From Heterodontus francisci (taxonomy: Eukaryota), in contig NC_090378.1 in NCBI RefSeq assembly GCF_036365525.1, positions 119,273,593-119,337,592 on the forward strand: a DNA stretch of 64,000 nucleotides. The letters are read 5' to 3'. Shown piece by piece: positions 43,401-58,400 of this stretch. Positions within the stretch are counted from its first letter, which is position 1. Each line of letters begins with the position of its first letter. A program made the translations under genes and the position numbers. The notes under the pieces are model-generated. The model was not told the DNA's origin, made no database searches, and saw nothing but the letters and a program-made list of their open reading frames with translations.

Positions 43401-46400
43401 GTGTCCATTATTATATATTATATATAACTGTGGGATGTGTCAGTACAGGAAGTGGGAATGTGTATCCATCATTATATATTATATATAACTGTGGGATGTG
43501 TCAGTACAGGAAGTGGGAATGTGTATCCATTATTATATATTATATATAACTGTGGGATGTTTCAGTACAGGAGGTGGGAATGTGTGTCCATTATTATATA
43601 TTATATATAACTGTGGGATGTGTCAGTACAGGAAGTGGGAATGTGTATCCATTATTGTATATTATATATAACTGTGGGATGTTTCAGTACAGGAGGTGGG
43701 AATGTGTGTCCATTATTATATATTATATATAACTGTGGGATGTGTCAGTACAGGAAGTGGGAATGTGTATCCATTATTATATATTATATATAACTGTGGG
43801 ATGTGTCAGTACAGGAAGTGGGAATGTGTATCCATTATTATATATTATATATAACTGTGGGATGTTTCAGTACAGGAGGTGGGAATATGTGTCCTTTATT
43901 ATATATTATATATAACTGTGGGATGTGTCAGTACAGGAAGTGGTAATGTGTATCCATTATTATATATGATATATAACTGTGGGATGTTTCAGTACAGGAG
44001 GTGGGAATGTGTGTCCATTATTATATATTATATAGAACTGTGCGATGTGTCAGTACAGGAAGTGGGAATGTGTATCCATTATTATATATTATATATAACT
44101 GTGGGATGTTTCAATACAGGAGGTGGGAATGTGTGTCCATTATTATATATTATATATAACTGTGGGATGTGTCAGTACAGGAAGTGGGAATGTGTATCCA
44201 TCATTATATATTATATATAACTGTGGGATGTGTCAGTACAGGAAGTGGGAATGTGTATCCATTATTATATATTATATATAACTGTGGGATGTTTCAGTAC
44301 AGGAGGTGGGAATGTGTGTCCATTATTATATATTATATATAACTGTGGGATGTTTCAGTACAGGAGGTGGGAATGTGTATCCATCATTATATAGTATATA
44401 TAACTGTGGGATGTGTCAGTACAGGAAGTGGGAATGTGTATCCATTATTATATATTATATACAACTGTGGGATGTTTCAGTACAGGAGGTGGACATGTGT
44501 GTCCATTATTATATATTATATATAACTGTGGGATGTTTCAGTACAGGAAGTGGGAATGTGTATCCATCATTATATATTATATATAACTGTGGGATGTGTC
44601 AGTACAGGAAGTGGGAATGTGTATCCATTATTATATATTATATATAACTGTGGGATGTTTCAGTACAGGAGGTGGGAATGTGTATCCATTATTATGTACT
44701 ATATATAACTGTGGGACGTGTCAGTACAGGAAGTGGGAATGTGTATCCATTATTATATGTAATATATAACTCTGGGATGTGTCAGTACAGGAGGTGGGAA
44801 TGTGTATCCATTATTATATCTTATATATAACTGTGGGATGTGTCAGTACAGGAAGTGGGAATGTGTATCCATTATTATATATTATATAGTAACTGTGGGA
44901 TGTTTCAGTACAGGATGTGGGAATGTGTATCCATTATTATATATTATATATAACTGTGGGATGTGTCAGTACAGGAGGTGGGAATGTGTATCCATTATTA
45001 TATATTATATATAACTGTGGGATGTGTCAGTACAGGAAGTGGGAATGTGTATCCATTATTATATATTATATATAACTGTGGGATGTGTCAGTACAGGAAG
45101 TGGGAATGTGTATCCATTATTATATATTATATATAACTGTGGGATGTTTCAGTACAGGAGGTGGGAATGTGTGTCCATTATTATATATTATATATAACTG
45201 TGGGATGTGTCAGTACAGGAAGTGGGAATGTGTATCCATTATTATATATTATATATAACTGTGGGATGTATCAGTACAGGAAGTGGGAATGTGTATCCAT
45301 TATTATATATTATATATAACTGTGGGATGTTTCAGTACAGGAGGTGGGAATATGTGTCCATTATTATATATTATATATAACTGTGGGATGTGTCAGTACA
45401 GGAAGTGGGAATGTGTATCCATTATTATATATTATATATAACTGTGGGATGTTTCAGTACAGGAGGTGGGAATGTGTGTCCATTATTATATATTATATAT
45501 AACTGTGGGATGTGTCAGTACAGGAAGTGGGAATGTGTATCCATTATTATATATTATATATAACTGTGGGATGTGTCAGTACAGGAAGTGGGAATGTGTT
45601 TCCATTATTATATATTATATATAACTGTGGGATGTTTCAGTACAGGAGGTGGGAATGTGTGTCCATTATTATATATTATATATAACTGTGGGATGTGTCA
45701 GTACAGGAAGTGGGAATGTGTATCCATTATTATATATTATATATAACTGTGGGATGTGTCAGTACAGGAAGTGGGAATGTGTATCCATTATTATATATTA
45801 TATATAACTGTGGGATGTTTCAGTACAGGAGGTGGGAATATGTGTCCATTATTATATATTATATATAACTGTGGGATGTGTCAGTACAGGAAGTGGGAAT
45901 GTGTATCCATTATTATATATTATATAAAACTGTGGGATGTTTCAGTACAGGAGGTGGGAATGTGTGTCCATTATTATATATTATATATAACTGTGCGATG
46001 TGTCAGTACAGGAAGTGGGAATGTGTATCCATTATTATATATTATATATAACTGTGGGATGTTTCAATACAGGAGGTGGGAATGTGTGTCCATTATTATA
46101 TATTATATATAACTGTGGGATGTGTCAGTACAGGAAGTGGGAATGTGTATCCATCATTATATATTATATATAACTGTGGGATGTGTCAGTACAGGAAGTG
46201 GGAATGTGTATCCATTATTATATATTATATATAACTGTGGGATGTTTCAGTACAGGAGGTGGGAATGTGTGTCCATTATTATATATTATATATAACTGTG
46301 GGATGTGTCAGTACAGGAAGTGGGAATGTGTATCCATTATTATATATTATATATAACTGTGGGATGTTTCAGTACAGGAGGTGGGAATGTGTGTCCATTA

Positions 46401-49400
46401 TTATATATTATATATAACTGTGGGATGTGTCAGTACAGGAAGTGGGAATGTGTATCCATTATTATATATTATATATAACTGTGGGATGTGTCAGTACAGG
46501 AAGTGGGAATGTGTATCCATTATTATATATTATATATAACTGTGGGATGTGTCAGTACAGGAAGTGGGAATGTGTATCCATTATAATATATTATATATAA
46601 CTGTGGGATGTTTCAGTACAGGAGGTGGGAATGTGTGTCCATTATTATATATTATATATAACTGTGGGATGTGTCAGTACAGGAAGTGGGAATGTGTATC
46701 CATTATTATATATTATATATAACTGTGGGATGTGTCAGTACAGGAAGTGGGAATGTGTATCCATTATTATATATTATATATAACTGTGGGATGTTTCAGT
46801 ACAGGAGGTGGGAATATGTGTCCATTATTATATATTATATATAACTGTGGGATGTGTCAGTACAGGAAGTGGTAATGTGTATCCATTATTATATATGATA
46901 TATAACTGTGGGATGTTTCAGTACAGGAGGTGGGAATGTGTGTCCATTATTATATATTATATAGAACTGTGCGATGTGTCAGTACAGGAAGTGGGAATGT
47001 GTATCCATTATTATATACTATATATAACTGTGGGATGTTTCAATACAGGAGGTGGGAATGTGTGTCCATTATTATATATTATATATAACTGTGGGATGTG
47101 TCAGTACAGGAAGTGGGAATGTGTATCCATCATTATATATTATATATAACTGTGGGATGTGTCAGTACAGGAAGTGGGAATGTGTATCCATTATTATATA
47201 TTATATATAACTGTGGGATGTTTCAGTACAGGAGGTGGGACTGTGTGTCCATTATTATATATTATATATAACTGTGGGATGTTTCAGTACAGGAGGTGGG
47301 AATGTGTATCCATCATTATATAGTATATATAACTGTGGGATGTGTCAGTACAGGAAGTGGGAATGTGTATCCATTATTATATATTATATACAACTGTGGG
47401 ATGTTTCAGTACAGGAGGTGGGAATGTGTGTCCATTATTATATATTATATATAACTGTGGGATGTTTCAGTACAGGAAGTGGGAATGTGTATCCATCATT
47501 ATATATTATATATAACTGTGGGATGTGTCAGTACAGGAAGTGGGAATGTGTATCCATTATTATATATTATATATAACTGTGGGATGTTTCAGTACAGGAG
47601 GTGGGAATGTGTGTCCATTATTATATATTATATATAACTGTGGGATGTTTCAGTACAGGAAGTGGGAATGTGTATCCATCATTATATATTATATATAACT
47701 GTGGGATGTGTCAGTACAGGAAGTGGGAATGTGTATCCATTATTATATATTATATATAACTGTGGGATGTGTCAGTACAGGAAGTGGGAATGTGTATCCA
47801 TTATTATATATTATATATAACTGTGGGATGTTTCAGTACAGGAAGTGGGAATGTGTATCCATCATTATATATTATATATAACTGTGGGATGTGTCAGTAC
47901 AGGAAGTGGGAATGTGTATCCATTATTATATATTATATATAACTGTGGGATGTGTCAGTACAGGAAGTGGGAATGTGTATCCATTATTATATATTATATA
48001 TAACTGTGGGACGTGTCAGTACAGGAAGTGGGAATGTGTATCCATTATTATATGTAATATATAACTGTGGGATGTGTCAGTACAGGAGGTGGGAATGTGT
48101 ATCCATTATTATATCTTATATATAACTGTGGGATGTGTCAGTACAGGAAGTGGGAATGTGTATCCATTATTATATATTATATATAACTGTGGGATGTTTC
48201 AGTACAGGATGTGGGAATGTGTATCCATTATTATATATTATATATAACTGTGGGATGTGTCAGTACAGGAGGTGGGAATGTGTATCCATTATTATATACT
48301 ATATATAACTGTGGGACGTGTCAGTGCAGGAAGTGGGAATGTGTATCCATTATTATATATTATATATAACTGTGGGATGTTTCAGTACAGGAGGTGGGAA
48401 TGTGTGTCCATTATTATATATTATATATAACTGTGGGATGTGTCAGTACAGGAAGTGGGAATGTGTATCCATTATTATATATTATATATAACTGTGGGAT
48501 GTTTCAATACAGGAGGTGGGAATGTGTGTCCATTATTATATATTATATATAACTGTGGGATGTGTCAGTACAGGAAGTGGGAATGTGTATCCATCATTAT
48601 ATATTATATATAACTGTGGGATGTGTCAGTACAGGAAGTGGGAATGTGTATCCATTATTATATATTATATATAACTGTGGGATGTTTCAGTACAGGAGGT
48701 GGGAATGTGTGTCCATTATTATATATTATATATAACTGTGGGATGTGTCAGTACAGGAAGTGGGAATGTGTATCCATTATTATATATTATATATAACTGT
48801 GGGATGTTTCAGTACAGGAGGTGGGAATGTGTGTCCATTATTATATATTATATATAACTGTGGGATGTGTCAGTACAGGAAGTGGGAATGTGTATCCATT
48901 ATTATATATTATATATAACTGTGGGATGTGTCAGTACAGGAAGTGGGAATGTGTATCCATTATTATATATTATATATAACTGTGGGATGTGTCAGTACAG
49001 GAAGTGGGAATGTGTATCCATTATAATATATTATATATAACTGTGGGATGTTTCAGTACAGGAGGTGGGAATGTGTGTCCATTATTATATATTATATATA
49101 ACTGTGGGATGTGTCAGTACAGGAAGTGGGAATGTGTATCCATTATTATATATTATATATAACTGTGGGATGTGTCAGTACAGGAAGTGGGAATGTGTAT
49201 CCATTATTATATATTATATATAACTGTGGGATGTTTCAGTACAGGAGGTGGGAATATGTGTCCATTATTATATATTATATATAACTGTGGGATGTGTCAG
49301 TACAGGAAGTGGTAATGTGTATCCATTATTATATATGATATATAACTGTGGGATGTTTCAGTACAGGAGGTGGGAATGTGTGTCCATTATTATATATTAT

Positions 49401-52400
49401 ATAGAACTGTGCGATGTGTCAGTACAGGAAGTGGGAATGTGTATCCATTATTATATATTATATATAACTGTGGGATGTTTCAATACAGGAGGTGGGAATG
49501 TGTGTCCATTATTATATATTATATATAACTGTGGGATGTGTCAGTACAGGAAGTGGGAATGTGTATCCATCATTATATATTATATATAACTGTGGGATGT
49601 GTCAGTACAGGAAGTGGGAATGTGTATCCATTATTATATATTATATATAACTGTGGGATGTTTCAGTACAGGAGGTGGGAATGTGTGTCCATTATTATAT
49701 ATTATATATAACTGTGGGATGTTTCAGTACAGGAGGTGGGAATGTGTATCCATCATTATATAGTATATATAACTGTGGGATGTGTCAGTACAGGAAGTGG
49801 GAATGTGTATCCATTATTATATATTATATACAACTGTGGGATGTTTCAGTACAGGAGGTGGGAATGTGTGTCCATTATTATATATTATATATAACTGTGG
49901 GATGTTTCAGTACAGGAAGTGGGAATGTGTATCCATCATTATATATTATATATAACTGTGGGATGTGTCAGTACAGGAAGTGGGAATGTGTATCCATTAT
50001 TATATATTATATATAACTGTGGGATGTTTCAGTACAGGAGGTGGGAATGTGTATCCATTATTATGTACTATATATAACTGTGGGACGTGTCAGTACAGGA
50101 AGTGGGAATGTGTATCCATTATTATATGTAATATATAACTGTGGGATGTGTCAGTACAGGAGGTGGGAATGTGTATCCATTATTATATCTTATATATAAC
50201 TGTGGGATGTGTCAGTACAGGAAGTGGGAATGTGTATCCATTATTATATATTATATATAACTGTGGGATGTTTCAGTACAGGATGTGGGAATGTGTATCC
50301 ATTATTATATATTATATATAACTGTGGGATGTGTCAGTACAGGAGGTGGGAATGTGTATCCATTATTATATACTATATATAACTGTGGGACGTGTCAGTG
50401 CAGGAAGTGGGAATGTGTATCCATTATTATATATTATATATAACTGTGGGATGTTTCAGTACAGGAAGTGGGAATGTGTATCCATTATTATATATTATAT
50501 ATAACTGTGGGATGTGTCAGTACAGGAAGTGGGAATGTGTATCCATTATTATATATTATATATAACTGTGGGATGTGTCAGTACAGGAAGTGGGAATGTG
50601 TATCCATTATTATATATTATATATAACTGTGGGATGTTTCAGTACAGGAGGTGGGAATGTGTGTCCATTATTATATATTATATATAACTGTGGGATGTGT
50701 CAGTACAGGAAGTGGGAATGTGTATCCATTATTATATATTATATATAACTGTGGGATGTGTCAGTACAGGAAGTGGGAATGTGTATCCGTTATAATATAT
50801 TATATATAACTGTGGGATGTTTCAGTACAGGAGGTGGGAATGTGTGTCCATTATTATATATTATATATAACTGTGGGATGTGTCAGTACAGGAAGTGGGA
50901 ATGTGTATCCATTATTATATATTATATATAACTGTGGGATGTTTCAGTACAGGATGTGGGAATGTGTATCCATTATTATATATTATATATAACTGTGGGA
51001 TGTGTCAGTACAGGAGGTGGGAATGTGTATCCATTATTATATACTATATATAACTGTGGGACGTGTCAGTACAGGAAGTGGGAGTGTGTATCCATTATTA
51101 TATATTATATATAACTGTGGGATGTGTCAGTACAGGAAGTGGGAATGTGTATCCATTATTATATATTATATATAACTGTGGGATGTGTCAGTACAGGAAG
51201 TGGGAATGTGTATCCATTATTATATATTATATATAACTGGGATGTTTCAGTACAGGAGGTGGGAATGTGTGTCCATTATTATATATTATATATAACTGTG
51301 GGATGTGTCAGTACAGGAAGTGGGAATGTGTATCCATTATTATATATTATATTTAACTGTGGGATGTGTCAGTACAGGAAGTGGGAATGTGTATCCATTA
51401 TTATATATTATATATAACTGTGGGATGTTTCAGTACAGGAGGTGGGAATGTGTGTCCATTATTATATATTATATATAACTGTGGGATGTGTCAGTACAGG
51501 AAGTGGGAATGTGTATCCATTATTATATATTATATATAACTGTGGGATGTGTCAGTACAGGAAGTGGGAATGTGTATCCATTATTATATATTATATATAA
51601 CTGTGGGATGTTTCAGTACAGGAGGTGGGAATATGTGTCCATTATTATATATTATATATAACTGTGGGATGTGTCAGTACAGGAAGTGGGAATGTGTATC
51701 CATTATTATATATTATATATAACTGTGGGATGTTTCATTACAGGAGGTGGGAATGTGTGTCCATTATTATATATTATATATAACTGTGCGATGTGTCAGT
51801 ACAGGAAGTGGGAATGTGTATCCATTATTATATATTATATATAACTGTGGGATGTTTCAGTACAGGAGGTGGGAATGTGTGTCCATGATTATATATTATA
51901 TATAACTGTGGGATGTTTCAGTACAGGAGGTGGGAATGTGTATCCATCATTATATAGTATATATAACTGTGGGATGTGTCAGTACAGGAAGTGGGAATGT
52001 GTATCCATTATTATATATTATATACAACTGTGGGATGTTTCAGTACAGGAGGTGGGAATGTGTGTCCATTATTATATATTATATATAACTGTGGGATGTT
52101 TCAGTACAGGAAGTGGGAATGTGTATCCATCATTATATATTATATATAACTGTGGGATGTGTCAGTACAGGAAGTGGGAATGTGTATCCATTATTATATA
52201 TTATATATAACTGTGGGATGTTTCAGTACAGGAGGTGGGAATGTGTATCCATTATTATGTACTATATATAACTGTGGGACGTGTCAGTACAGGAAGTGGG
52301 AATGTGTATCCATTATTATATGTAATATATAACTGTGGGATGTGTCAGTACAGGAGGTGGGAATGTGTATCCATTATTATATCTTATATATAACTGTGGG

Positions 52401-55400
52401 ATGTGTCAGTACAGGAAGTGGGAATGTGTATCCATTATTATATATTATATATAACTGTGGGATGTTTCAGTACAGGATGTGGGAATGTGTATCCATTATT
52501 ATATATTATATATAACTGTGGGATGTGTCAGTACAGGAGGTGGGAATGTGTATCCATTATTATATACTATATATAACTGTGGGACGTGTCAGTGCAGGAA
52601 GTGGGAATGTGTATCCATTATTATATATTATATATAACTGTGGGATGTTTCAGTACAGGAGGTGGGAATGTGTGTCCATTATTATATATTATATATAACT
52701 GTGGGATGTGTCAGTACAGGAAGTGGGAATGTGTATCCATTATTATATATTATATATAACTGTGGGATGTTTCAATACAGGAGGTGGGAATGTGTGTCCA
52801 TTATTATATATTATATATAACTGTGGGATGTGTCAGTACAGGAAGTGGGAATGTGTATCCATCATTATATATTATATATAACTGTGGGATGTGTCAGTAC
52901 AGGAAGTGGGAATGTGTATCCATTATTATATATTATATATAACTGTGGGATGTTTCAGTACAGGAGGTGGGAATGTGTGTCCATTATTATATATTATATA
53001 TAACTGTGGGATGTGTCAGTACAGGAAGTGGGAATGTGTATCCATTATTATATATTATATATAACTGTGGGATGTTTCAGTACAGGAGGTGGGAATGTGT
53101 GTCCATTATTATATATTATATATAACTGTGGGATGTGTCAGTACAGGAAGTGGGAATGTGTATCCATTATTATATATTATATATAACTGTGGGATGTGTC
53201 AGTACAGGAAGTGGGAATGTGTATCCATTATTATATATTATATATAACTGTGGGATGTGTCAGTACAGGAAGTGGGAATGTGTATCCATTATAATATATT
53301 ATATATAACTGTGGGATGTTTCAGTACAGGAGGTGGGAATGTGTGTCCATTATTATATATTATATATAACTGTGGGATGTGTCAGTACAGGAAGTGGGAA
53401 TGTGTATCCATTATTATATATTATATATAACTGTGGGATGTGTCAGTACAGGAAGTGGGAATGTGTATCCATTATTATATATTATATATAACTGTGGGAT
53501 GTTTCAGTACAGGAGGTGGGAATATGTGTCCATTATTATATATTATATATAACTGTGGGATGTGTCAGTACAGGAAGTGGTAATGTGTATCCATTATTAT
53601 ATATGATATATAACTGTGGGATGTTTCAGTACAGGAGGTGGGAATGTGTGTCCATTATTATATATTATATAGAACTGTGCGATGTGTCAGTACAGGAAGT
53701 GGGAATGTGTATCCATTATTATATATTATATATAACTGTGGGATGTTTCAATACAGGAGGTGGGAATGTGTGTCCATTATTATATATTATATATAACTGT
53801 GGGATGTGTCAGTACAGGAAGTGGGAATGTGTATCCATCATTATATATTATATATAACTGTGGGATGTGTCAGTACAGGAAGTGGGAATGTGTATCCATT
53901 ATTATATATTATATATAACTGTGGGATGTTTCAGTACAGGAGGTGGGAATGTGTGTCCATTATTATATATTATATATAACTGTGGGATGTTTCAGTACAG
54001 GAGGTGGGAATGTGTATCCATCATTATATAGTATATATAACTGTGGGATGTGTCAGTACAGGAAGTGGGAATGTGTGTCCATTATTATATATTATATATA
54101 ACTGTGGGATGTTTCAGTACAGGAGGTGGGAATGTGTATCCATCATTATATATTATATATAACTGTGGGATGTGTCAGTACAGGAAGTGGGAATGTGTAT
54201 CCATTATTATATATTATATATAACTGTGGGATGTTTCAGTACAGGAGGTGGGAATGTGTGTCCATTATTATATATTATATATAACTGTGGGATGTTTCAG
54301 TACAGGAAGTGGGAATGTGTATCCATCATTATATATTATATATAACTGTGGGATGTGTCAGTACAGGAAGTGGGAATGTGTATCCATTATTATATATTAT
54401 ATATAACTGTGGGATGTTTCAGTACAGGAGGTGGGACTGAGTGTCCATTATTATATATTATATATAACTGTGGGATGTTTCAGTACAGGAGGTGGGAATG
54501 TGTGTCCATTATTATATATTATATATAACTGTGGGATGTGTCAGTGCGGAAGGTGGGACTGTGTATCCATTATTATATATTATATACAACTGTGGGATGT
54601 TTCAGTACAGGAGGTGGGAATGTGTGTCCATTATTATATATTATATATAACTGTGGGATGTTTCAGTACAGGAAGTGGGAATGTGTATCCATCATTATAT
54701 ATTATATATAACTGTGGGATGTGTCAGTACAGGAAGTGGGAATGTGTATCCATTATTATATATTATATATAACTGTGGGATGTTTCAGTACAGGAGGTGG
54801 GAATGTGTATCCATTATTATGTACTATATATAACTGTGGGACGTGTCAGTACAGGAAGTGGGAATGTGTATCCATTATTATATGTAATATATAACTGTGG
54901 GATGTGTCAGTACAGGAGGTGGGAATGTGTATCCATTATTATATCTTATATATAACTGTGGGATGTGTCAGTACAGGAAGTGGGAATGTGTATCCATTAT
55001 TATATATTATATATAACTGTGGGATGTTTCAGTACAGGATGTGGGAATGTGTATCCATTATTATATATTATATATAACTGTGGGATGTGTCAGTACAGGA
55101 GGTGGGAATGTGTATCCATTATTATATACTATATATAACTGTGGGACGTGTCAGTGCTGGAAGTGGGAATGTGTATCCATTATTATATATTATATATAAC
55201 TGTGGGATGTTTCAGTACAGGAAGTGGGAATGTGTATCCATTATTATATATTATATATAACTGTGGGATGTGTCAGTACAGGAAGTGGGAATGTGTATCC
55301 ATTATTATATATTATATATAACTGTGGGATGTGTCAGTACAGGAAGTGGGAATGTGTATCCATTATTATATATTATATATAACTGTGGGATGTTTCAGTA

Positions 55401-58400
55401 CAGGAGGTGGGAATGTGTGTCCATTATTATATATTATATATAACTGTGGGATGTGTCAGTACAGGAAGTGGGAATGTGTATCCATTATTATATATTATAT
55501 ATAACTGTGGGATGTGTCAGTACAGGAAGTGGGAATGTGTATCCGTTATAATATATTATATATAACTGTGGGATGTTTCAGTACAGGAGGTGGGAATGTG
55601 TGTCCATTATTATATATTATATATAACTGTGGGATGTGTCAGTACAGGAAGTGGGAATGTGTATCCATTATTATATATTATATATAACTGTGGGATGTTT
55701 CAGTACAGGATGTGGGAATGTGTATCCATTATTATATATTATATATAACTGTGGGATGTTTCAGTACAGGAGGTGGGAATGTGTGTCCATTATTATATAT
55801 TATATATAACTGTGGGATGTGTCAGTACAGGAAGTGGGAATGTGTATCCATTATTATATATTATATATAACTGTGGGATGTTTCAGTACAGGATGTGGGA
55901 ATGTGTATCCATTATTATATATTATATATAACTGTGGGATGTGTCAGTACAGGAGGTGGGAATGTGTATCCATTATTATATACTATATATAACTGTGGGA
56001 CGTGTCAGTACAGGAAGTGGGAATGTGTATCCATTATTATATATTATATATAACTGTGGGATGTGTCAGTACAGGAAGTGGGAATGTGTATCCATTATTA
56101 TATATTATATATAAATGTGGGATGTGTCAGTACAGGAAGTGGGAATGTGTATCCATTATTATATATTATATATAACTGGGATGTTTCAGTACAGGAGGTG
56201 GGAATGTGTGTCCATTATTATATATTATATATAACTGTGGGATGTGTCAGTACAGGAAGTGGGAATGTGTATCCATTATTATATATTATATTTAACTGTG
56301 GGATGTGTCAGTACAGGAAGTGGGAATGTGTATCCATTATTATATATTATATATAACTGTGGGATGTTTCAGTACAGGAGGTGGGAATGTGTGTCCATTA
56401 TTATATATTATATATAACTGTGGGATGTGTCAGTACAGGAAGTGGGAATGTGTATCCATTATTATATATTATATATAACTGTGGGATGTGTCAGTACAGG
56501 AAGTGGGAATGTGTATCCATTATTATATATTATATATAACTGTGGGATGTTTCAGTACAGGAGGTGGGAATATGTGTCCATTATTATATATTATATATAA
56601 CTGTGGGATGTGTCAGTACAGGAAGTGGGAATGTGTATCCATTATTATATATTATATATAACTGTGGGATGTTTCATTACAGGAGGTGGGAATGTGTGTC
56701 CATTATTATATATTATATATAACTGTGCGATGTGTCAGTACAGGAAGTGGGAATGTGTATCCATTATTATATATTATATATAACTGTGGGATGTTTCAAT
56801 ACAGGAGGTGGGAATGTGTGTCCATTATTATATATTATATATAACTGTGGGATGTGTCAGTACAGGAAGTGGGAATGTGTATCCATCATTATATATTATA
56901 TATAACTGTGGGATGTGTCAGTACAGGAAGTGGGAATGTGTATCCATTATTATATATTATATATAACTGTGGGATGTTTCAGTACAGGAGGTGGGAATGT
57001 GTGTCCATTATTATATATTATATATAACTGTGGGATGTGTCAGTACAGGAAGTGGGAATGTGTATCCATTATTATATATTATATATAACTGTGGGATGTG
57101 TCAGTACAGGAAGTGGGAATGTGTATCCATTATTATATATTATATATAACTGTGGGATGTTTCAGTACAGGAGGTGGGAATGTGTGTCCATTATTATATA
57201 TTATATATAACTGTGGGATGTGTCAGTACAGGAAGTGGGAATGTGTATCCATTATTATATATTATATATAACTGTGGGATGTGTCAGTACAGGAAGTGGG
57301 AATGTGTATCCATTATAATATATTATATATAACTGTGGGATGTTTCAGTACAGGAAGTGGGAATGTGTGTCCATGATTATATATTATATATAACTGTGGG
57401 ACGTGTCAGTACAGGAGGTGGGAATGTGTGTCCATTATTATATATTATATATAACTGTGGGATGTGTCAGTACAGGAAGTGGGTATGTGTATCCATTATT
57501 ATATATTATATATAACTGTGGGATGTGTCAATACAGGAAGTGGTAATGTGTATCCATTATTATATATGATATATAACTGTGGGATGTTTCAGTACAGGAG
57601 GTGGGAATGTGTGTCCATTATTATATATTATATATAACTGTGGGATGTTTCAATACAGGAGGTGGGAATGTGTGTCCATTATTATATATTATATATAACT
57701 GTGGGATGTGTCAGTACAGGAAGTGGGAATGTGTATCCATCATTATATATTATATATAACTGTGGGATGTGTCAATACAGGAAGTGGGAATGTGTATCCA
57801 TTATTATATATTATATATAACTGTGGGATGTTGCAGTACAGGAGGTGGGAATGTGTGTCCATTATTATATATTATATATAACTGTGGGATGTTTCAGTAC
57901 AGGAGGTGGGAATGGTTATCCATTATTATGTACTATATATAACTGTGGGACGTGTCAGTACAGGAAGTGGGAATGTGTATCCATTATTATATGTAATATA
58001 TAACTGTGGGATGTGTCAGTACAGAAGTGGGAATGTGTATCCATTATTATATATTATATATAACTGTGGGATGTGTCAGTACAGGAAGTGGGAATGTGTA
58101 TCCATTATTATATATTATATATAACTGTGGGACGTGTCAGTACAGGATGTGGGAATGTGTATCCATTATTATATATTATATATAACTGTGGGATGTGTCA
58201 GTACAGGAGGTGGGAATGTGTATCCATTATTATATACTATATATAACTGTGGGACGTGTCAGTACAGGAAGTGGGAATGTGTATCCATTATTATATATTA
58301 TATATAACTGTGGGATGTGTCAGTACAGGAAGTCGGCATGTGTATCCATTATTATATATTATACATAACTGTGGGATGTGTCAGTACAGGAAGTGGGAAT

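Larger units (their letters stand above)
14767..56232. repeat. Variable-length higher-order repeat domain marked by a 59-bp monomer (AACTGGGATG, TG deleted), 16 copies
   Basis: Marker starts at 14767, 17408, 19540, 23259, 25392, 27037, 29231, 30876, 34473, 36118, 38861, 40383, 40930, 42574, 51235 and 56174. These correspond one-to-one (+111 bp) to the sixteen 97-aa YNWDVS ORFs. Confidence 0.9.
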
